From positions 1 through 56,423 of the forward strand of contig CANQGW010000006.1 of NCBI GenBank assembly GCA_947623555.1: a stretch of 56,423 bases of DNA. Direction: 5' to 3'. The position numbers and the translations under genes are program-made. The notes under the pieces were generated by a model. It saw only the letters and a program-made list of their open reading frames with translations, had not been told where the DNA came from and made no database searches. The DNA is from an uncultured Clostridia bacterium. Its GTDB lineage: Bacteria > Bacillota > Clostridia > TANB77 > CAG-508. Each line of letters opens with the position of its first letter. Position 1 is the first letter of the stretch. Positions 50,305-56,423 of the stretch are shown one piece after another.

Positions 50305-52956
50305 TTAATTTAATTCTTTAGCATATACTACTTTGCCAAACCTAATTTCGTTTATTTTCTTTTGTGCCTCTATAATTACAAGTGGCATTATAGATACTAA
50401 AAATGTATATAACCATTGAATGCCAGTTAATGGAACTAACTTAAACAAACTTGCAACTTGAGGAATTAGCACTACACTAGTTTGTAATAATAAACCTAGT
50501 AAAAAAGCACCAAATAAATATTTATTTTCTAAAAAGCCTATTTTAAATATAGATTCATCACTTTTAATATTAAAACTATGTACAAGTTCTAAAAGACCCA
50601 AAGATACAAACGCCATGGTTCTTCCCACTTGTATGTTATACAAATAATTTCCTATACTAAAACTAAAGAGCGTTAAAGCACCAAGCATAGTTCCTTCTGC
50701 AAATATTTTTCCCCATAAACCATCTGCAAAAATTCCTTTTTTGCTATCTCGTGGTTTTTTATTCATTATGTCTTTGTCTGGTTTTTCTAGTCCTAGTGCA
50801 ATTGCTGGAAGTGAATCAGTTACTAAATTTATCCACAAAAGTTGAATTGCAAGTAATGGAGATTTTAAACCAAGCAATAAACCTAAAAATATAGTAACTA
50901 TTTCTCCAATATTTGTAGCTATTAAAAAATGAACAGCCTTTTTTATATTATCAAATATGTTTCTGCCCTGCTTAACTGCCTCTACAATTGTTACAAAATT
51001 ATCGTCTGTAAGAACCATATCAGCTGCACCTTTAGCAACATCAGTGCCATTTTTGCCCATTGCAATTCCAATATCTGCTTGCTTTAATGCAGGTGCATCA
51101 TTTACACCATCACCAGTCATAGCAACTACTTTGCCAGCATCTCTATAACTATTTACAATTCGCACTTTATGTTCTGGCGTAACCCTAGCAAAAACAGAGT
51201 ACTTCATAATATTATTTTTTAAAACATCATTAGGAATGGCATCTAACTCTTCACCTGTAATAGCAAGTTCATCATTAGAAAGAATACCTAAATCTTTTGC
51301 AATTGCTTTGGCAGTAGCTATATGATCACCTGTAATCATTACAGTTTTTATACCAGCCTTTTTACAAGTATCAACCGCTTCTTTTACGCCTTCCCTTGGA
51401 GGATCCATCATTCCAATTAATCCAACAAAAATTAAGTTTTCTTCTATAGTTTTACTTTCTATTTTATTTGGTAATTCTTTAACATCTAAATAACTAATAG
51501 CAAGCACTCTTAAAGCCTTTTCAGCCATTTGTAAATTTTGCTTCTCTATTTTTGCTATATGGCTACTTGTAATAGGCATAACTCTTCCATTTTGGTAAAT
51601 TTGATTACATTTTTTTAGTAATATATCTGGTGCACCTTTACTTATAATTCTGTAACCTGTATTTAATTTATGAATAGTTGTCATCATTTTTCTATCAGAA
51701 TCGAATGGAATATCTGCAATTCTTTGCATTTCTTCATATAATTTATTTTTATCTTTTCCCTCTTTTATAGCTCTATACGCAATAGCAGTTTCTGTAGGTT
51801 CACCATTTATCTCTAACCTGCCATTATTGTTAAAAACATCTACATCTGTACACATTGTAGCAAGTTCTAAAATCCATGCTGTATTTATATCATCTTTAAT
51901 TTCACCTTCAGCTCCTACAATATTAGTAACATTCATTTGGTTTTTAGTTAAAGTTCCTGTTTTATCAGAGCAAATAACACTACTACTTCCCAATGTTTCT
52001 ACTGCTGGAAGCTTCCTTATAATACTATTTTTCTTGGCCATTTTAGTTACTCCAATAGAAAGCACAATTGTAACAATTGCAGGTAATCCCTCTGGAATTG
52101 CTGCTACTGCTAGTCCTACAGATGTCATAAACATTTCTATTGGTTCTATATTTTTCATAAGACCTATAATAAAAATTAAAAGGCAAATTATAAGGCAGGC
52201 TACTCCTAACGTTTTACCTACCTGATCTAATTTCTTTTGAATAGGAGTTTCTGGCGATTCATTTGTCAAAATCATCTTTGCAATTTTACCTACTTTTGTA
52301 TTCATGCCCGTATCTGTTACAATAACCTCACCATGCCCTGAAACAACAATAGTAGTTGCAAAAGCCATATTTACCATGTCACCAATAGTAGTATTTGTAG
52401 TTAAAATACTACCTGCATCTTTCAAAATTGGTACAGTTTCTCCTGTTAAACTAGACTCTTCTATTTTTAAGCTAGAACAATTTATTAACCTTCCATCTGC
52501 TGGAACATAATCCCCAGCCTCTAAAATTACAATATCACCAGGTACTACTTCTTCACTCTTAATTGTAAGTACTTTTCCATCTCTTCTTACCTTACAAGTA
52601 GGAGCAGACATTTTCTTTAATGCCTCTAGCGATTTTTCTGCCTTTGACTCTTGCACAAGCCCCATAATAGCATTAAAAACAACAATTGCAATAATAATAA
52701 TTGAGTCAAAATAATCATTACTGCCCTCGATTTTTGCAACAATAGCTGAAATAATAGAAGCAATAATCAAAATAATAATCATAAAGTCCTGAAATTGTTT
52801 TAAAAACCTAATTATAATAGACTGTTTTTTTGGCTCTTCTAACTTATTTAAGCCATACTTTTTTCTTCTTTCTTCCACTTGCTTTATAGCAAGTCCACTA
52901 TGTAAGTTGGTTCTTAACTTACTTTGAACCTCTTTTACCGATAAAGTATGCCACAT
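50305..52956 (-). CDS. Ca2+-transporting P-type ATPase (YloB-like)
   Basis: TGE, IPEGL, DKTGTLT, KGAPD, MITGD, GDGVNDAPAL. Confidence 0.95.
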   Translation of the reverse strand: MWHTLSVKEVQSKLRTNLHSGLAIKQVEERRKKYGLNKLEEPKKQSIIIRFLKQFQDFMIIILIIASIISAIVAKIEGSNDYFDSIIIIAIVVFNAIMGLVQESKAEKSLEALKKMSAPTCKVRRDGKVLTIKSEEVVPGDIVILEAGDYVPADGRLINCSSLKIEESSLTGETVPILKDAGSILTTNTTIGDMVNMAFATTIVVSGHGEVIVTDTGMNTKVGKIAKMILTNESPETPIQKKLDQVGKTLGVACLIICLLIFIIGLMKNIEPIEMFMTSVGLAVAAIPEGLPAIVTIVLSIGVTKMAKKNSIIRKLPAVETLGSSSVICSDKTGTLTKNQMNVTNIVGAEGEIKDDINTAWILELATMCTDVDVFNNNGRLEINGEPTETAIAYRAIKEGKDKNKLYEEMQRIADIPFDSDRKMMTTIHKLNTGYRIISKGAPDILLKKCNQIYQNGRVMPITSSHIAKIEKQNLQMAEKALRVLAISYLDVKELPNKIESKTIEENLIFVGLIGMMDPPREGVKEAVDTCKKAGIKTVMITGDHIATAKAIAKDLGILSNDELAITGEELDAIPNDVLKNNIMKYSVFARVTPEHKVRIVNSYRDAGKVVAMTGDGVNDAPALKQADIGIAMGKNGTDVAKGAADMVLTDDNFVTIVEAVKQGRNIFDNIKKAVHFLIATNIGEIVTIFLGLLLGLKSPLLAIQLLWINLVTDSLPAIALGLEKPDKDIMNKKPRDSKKGIFADGLWGKIFAEGTMLGALTLFSFSIGNYLYNIQVGRTMAFVSLGLLELVHSFNIKSDESIFKIGFLENKYLFGAFLLGLLLQTSVVLIPQVASLFKLVPLTGIQWLYTFLVSIMPLVIIEAQKKINEIRFGKVVYAKELN

Positions 52957-52989
52957 ACTTAATTCCTCCTTTGTCCTTCCTTACTTTTT

Positions 52990-53019
52990 ATTATATGATG
53001 CTTGTACTAATTTTATGAC
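52990..53019 (-). promoter_or_regulatory. SigmaE-type promoter of the Ca2+ ATPase
   Basis: GTCATA-N16-CATATAAT, near-consensus sigmaE, just upstream of AAGGAGG. Confidence 0.7.
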
Positions 53020-53039
53020 AAAAGAGGTAAATGTAGTTT

Positions 53040-54158
53040 TTAATTATTTTTATAATCAACGTACTCTTCTATTAAAAGCTTAATAACTGTAAATATTGGT
53101 ACTGCTAAAAACATGCCAAGCACTCCAAAATATGCACCACCAACTGTTACTGAAAAAATTACAAGTAATGGGCTAATAGATAAACTATTTCCTATAATTT
53201 TAGGATTTATAATATTTGCATCAATTTGTTGAAGAATAATAATTATTACTGCCATTAAAAGAGCTTGACCTATTCCCCCTGTAAATATTGTAATAATAAT
53301 TGCCATGGTTACTGCCACAATTGCTCCAAAGTATGGTATTAAATTAAATAAACCTATCATAAAACCTAATAATATAGAATATTTTACACCTATAATCGAC
53401 ATAGCTATTGAAGTTAATATTCCTACTACAACCGCATCTAATACTTGACCAGAAATAAACTTAAAAAATACTTCGTTTGACTTATTAAAGTATCTACTTA
53501 CCATAGTGTATGTATCTTTTGCAAATACAGCATTGGCAAATCTTTTTAAGAAATTTAGAATTTGACGTCTTTCTGCTAATAAATATACAGAAACAATAAA
53601 AGATACAAAAACATCAAATATGCCTGTAACCGCACTAATAGCACCCTTCGCATACTGCACTAAACTTTCTACATTTAAAAATTGGTTTAAATCTATTGTG
53701 CTTAACTTTCCTATTAAATTCATAAATGTTTCGCTTTTAAATATAGAATCTTCTGGTAAATTTTCTAATGCTTGTATTGTATTATTGTAATAATTTCCAA
53801 AATTATTTACAAAGTCAGTAATACTTCTTAAAATATTTGGTATTACAAATGTTAAAGCTATAACAACAATTAAAATAGCAATTATATAAACTGTAATAAT
53901 AGATAAAATTCTTGCTTTTTTACTTATAAATTTTATTTTTTTTGCTTTTCTATACCATCTTTCTACTCCTCTACAAGGTATATAAAATAAATAGGCAATT
54001 AATAGGCCTATAATAAATGGCATTAAAATATTAAAAAGCCCTCCTAGCCATGTAGTAATTGAGCCAATATTATCTAATAATTTATAAACAGCAATAATGG
54101 CTACTCCTAACATAAACCAATAAAACCATTTGCTAAAACCTCTCTTTTTTTCTTGCAT
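53040..54158 (-). CDS. AI-2E family transporter
   Basis: Multi-TM; PFI.G..IAY, LIPYFG, QQID.NII.P, G.LGM.LAVP. Confidence 0.9.
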   Translation of the reverse strand: MQEKKRGFSKWFYWFMLGVAIIAVYKLLDNIGSITTWLGGLFNILMPFIIGLLIAYLFYIPCRGVERWYRKAKKIKFISKKARILSIITVYIIAILIVVIALTFVIPNILRSITDFVNNFGNYYNNTIQALENLPEDSIFKSETFMNLIGKLSTIDLNQFLNVESLVQYAKGAISAVTGIFDVFVSFIVSVYLLAERRQILNFLKRFANAVFAKDTYTMVSRYFNKSNEVFFKFISGQVLDAVVVGILTSIAMSIIGVKYSILLGFMIGLFNLIPYFGAIVAVTMAIIITIFTGGIGQALLMAVIIIILQQIDANIINPKIIGNSLSISPLLVIFSVTVGGAYFGVLGMFLAVPIFTVIKLLIEEYVDYKNN

Positions 54159-54182
54159 TTTATAAACTCCTCCCTAATAAAT

Positions 54183-54950
54183 TTAAAAATTACAAACTAG
54201 TCCAACTGGGCAATGGTCACTACCCATTATTTCTGAATAAATATTGCTATCTTGTATTTTCTTTTCAATTGATTTAGATACTATAAAATAATCAATTCTC
54301 CAGCCTACATTCTTTTCCCTTGCATGAAACATATATGACCACCAAGTATAGCTATTTTCTTTTTCTGGATACAGATATCTAAAACTATCAGTAAAACCCG
54401 AATTTAACAGCTTTGTCATTTTATTTCTTTCTTCATCTGTAAAACCTGCACTATGATGATTTGTTTTTGGATTTTTTAAGTCTATTTCTTCATGTGCTAC
54501 ATTTAAGTCACCACAATAAATAACAGGCTTTAATTTGTCTAATTTCATCAAATAATTTCTTATTTCATCTTCCCAAACCATTCTATAACTTAAACGCTCT
54601 AGCTCTCTTTTAGAATTTGGTGTATACGAGTTTACTAAATAAAACTCTTCAAATTCTAGTGTAATAACTCTGCCTTCTTGGTCGTGCTGTTCAATTCCCA
54701 AGCCATAGCTTACTTTAATAGGTTTTTTCTTTGTAAAAACTGCTGTACCAGAATAGCCTTTTTTTATTGCACTATTCCAATAACTATTATAATTTCTAAA
54801 AATATTTGCAATTTCTATATCTATTTGATCCTCTTGCATTTTTGTTTCTTGAATGCAAAAAATGTCTGCATTAGCCTCTTCAAAAAATTGCTTAAAGCCT
54901 TTTCCTATTGCCGCTCTTAATCCGTTTACATTCCACGAAATTAGTTTCAT
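54183..54950 (-). CDS. xth: Exodeoxyribonuclease III / AP endonuclease
   Basis: SWNVNGLRA, QETK, GDLNVAH, GWRIDYF, SDHCP. Confidence 0.96.
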   Translation of the reverse strand: MKLISWNVNGLRAAIGKGFKQFFEEANADIFCIQETKMQEDQIDIEIANIFRNYNSYWNSAIKKGYSGTAVFTKKKPIKVSYGLGIEQHDQEGRVITLEFEEFYLVNSYTPNSKRELERLSYRMVWEDEIRNYLMKLDKLKPVIYCGDLNVAHEEIDLKNPKTNHHSAGFTDEERNKMTKLLNSGFTDSFRYLYPEKENSYTWWSYMFHAREKNVGWRIDYFIVSKSIEKKIQDSNIYSEIMGSDHCPVGLVCNF

Positions 54951-55129
54951 ATTATACTTAACTCCTATTTATATTAATTTTACTTTAGTTAATATATCAC
55001 ATTGTGCATATATTTTCAATGTTACCAAAGTGTAAATTACCTTATATTATTTCTGTCTCTATTTCATATTGAGCTTGCTTATTAAAAAAAGAATTCCTAC
55101 ATTATAGGAATTCTTTTTTATAAATATTA

Positions 55130-56131
55130 TTACATTGCATTAAAATATACGTTTCCACCTATATTTACACCACTTGCATAACCTGCTGCTCTAAATGATA
55201 AATAATTGTGGTTTCTTTTTCCGTTTAATGCATCTATAACTGCTCTTTTTACATAAGAAGCATAATTTCCGTTTAACCTTCTTCTCCAGTGATTATCTAT
55301 TGTATAACAAAATTGGTTTTTGGCTTTATATTGGCTTAATGGGTCTGTACCATTATGTCTCCATCTACTGCTTTCTGCTCTATTACATGCACATGTAATA
55401 ACAGCCAATGCACCCTCATAACTTGAAGAACACTCTTGGGCAGTAATAGCACATAATAAGTCAAGTTCAGCCTCTGAATAACTCCATTTTCCAGCATATC
55501 TAACTACTGAACTACTTCTTGAAGTTACTTGCTGCTTACTTCTTACTTCTACAATTTTATTTACTGGATTTCTAATAATTCTTGAAGAGATTTCTTTTTT
55601 TTCTATTTCTTTTTCATTTTGATATTTAACTTTATAAGTAACCTCTTTTAAACCATCTACACCATATTGTACTATTTTATCTTGTTTTACTCCAGAAGAA
55701 GCTACATTTTTAGTAATAGTTTCGTATGGAATTTTTACCTTTTCCACTACTATTTTTTCTATAATAGTATCATATGTCTCTAAAATTTTATCTACTGTAA
55801 CTTCGCTAGAATTTTCTACTACATCTGGAAGTTCTATTTCTTCTTCTGTTATTTTAGAAATTTTAATTGTTTTATTATCTGATAACTCTGATTTAAGATC
55901 TGGAGTTACTTTTTCATCATTTAATAGTATAATATGATTTTCATCAAGTATCTCTGCAATTTGCTTTTTGTTAGTTAAAACATTCATTTCGTAACCACTT
56001 GCAAGAATTATTTTAACATTATTTACTTTTGTATTAGTAGCTCTTACTGCTACTGTCATGATAAAAATAAATAATATGCTTATAAAAATAATTTTTTTCA
56101 GCGATATTGATGCTTTATCATCATTTTTCAT
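55130..56131 (-). CDS. G5-domain protein with C-terminal SleB-like cell wall hydrolase
   Basis: TM anchor, DUF348-like segment, G5 (IPYETI...G..G...P.NKIV), then LLCAITAQE..GALAV...NR...QF. Confidence 0.75.
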   Translation of the reverse strand: MKNDDKASISLKKIIFISILFIFIMTVAVRATNTKVNNVKIILASGYEMNVLTNKKQIAEILDENHIILLNDEKVTPDLKSELSDNKTIKISKITEEEIELPDVVENSSEVTVDKILETYDTIIEKIVVEKVKIPYETITKNVASSGVKQDKIVQYGVDGLKEVTYKVKYQNEKEIEKKEISSRIIRNPVNKIVEVRSKQQVTSRSSSVVRYAGKWSYSEAELDLLCAITAQECSSSYEGALAVITCACNRAESSRWRHNGTDPLSQYKAKNQFCYTIDNHWRRRLNGNYASYVKRAVIDALNGKRNHNYLSFRAAGYASGVNIGGNVYFNAM

Positions 56132-56423
56132 TTTAAATTTGTTCCCTCCTTTAAAAGCAACAACTATATTGTACCATTTTATGAAAAAAATGTCAAATTT
56201 TTTCCCATTTCCGTAAGCACTTGGGGTTACTTAACTTGATAAAATGATACTTTTTATGAAATATTTTAAAGCACCTATTAATACTATATTATATGCCAGC
56301 TTGTACCAAAATATGAAAATTTTTCATATTTTTGAAAAATTTTTTGGGGTTTGTCAAGACTGGTGTGTAAATTTTTTTCATTTATTTTTTCAGAAGTAGT
56401 ATAGTAAAGATAATCTATGCTAC

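Noticed and set aside
604-55035. Numerous short ORFs overlapping or antisense to real genes (e.g. 604-837, 13358-13759, 29404-30156, 42054-42491, 51827-52225)
   Set aside because: Shadow frames of well-supported genes; no RBS or recognisable motifs.
56230-56262. Possible dif-like site
   Set aside because: The XerD arm does not match TTATGTTAAA-type consensus.
1-56423. CRISPR array, rRNA or tRNA genes
   Set aside because: No regularly spaced repeat-spacer array or recognisable structural RNA gene seen by eye.

Overview
AT-rich chromosome segment from a spore-forming Clostridia-like Firmicute; the taxonomy is inferred from gene content and composition. Almost all genes are on the minus strand. 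Core content: str operon (rpsL-rpsG-fusA-tuf), trmFO, an SNF2 helicase, topA, dut, a dcw cluster (mraZ-rsmH-ftsL-spoVD/ftsI-murE-mraY-spoVE/ftsW-murG), a Fic toxin/antitoxin pair, a sortase, a racemase plus ATP-grasp ligase, rpsB-tsf, pdp, rnhB, htrA, a Ca2+ P-type ATPase and xth. Two features are not explained by the ORF track. (1) Apparent codon-triggered recoding: each of the four in-frame CGG codons I found (SNF2 Walker A, spoVE/ftsW C-terminus, and twice in an LPXTG protein) is followed by A and breaks the reading frame. Reading CGGA as one Gly (+1 shift) restores the conserved protein every time. By eye I found no in-frame CGG in any uninterrupted gene. (2) The dcw penicillin-binding protein gene (spoVD-like) is split by a 12,200-bp element with two intact large serine recombinases, an XRE regulator, an unannotated 49-aa ORF and three surface proteins. 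Precise excision would rebuild a 721-aa PBP with a PASTA domain. SigmaE-like promoters precede the recombinases and the small ORF, suggesting a skin-like developmental DNA rearrangement. All of this was read by eye; no searches were run.
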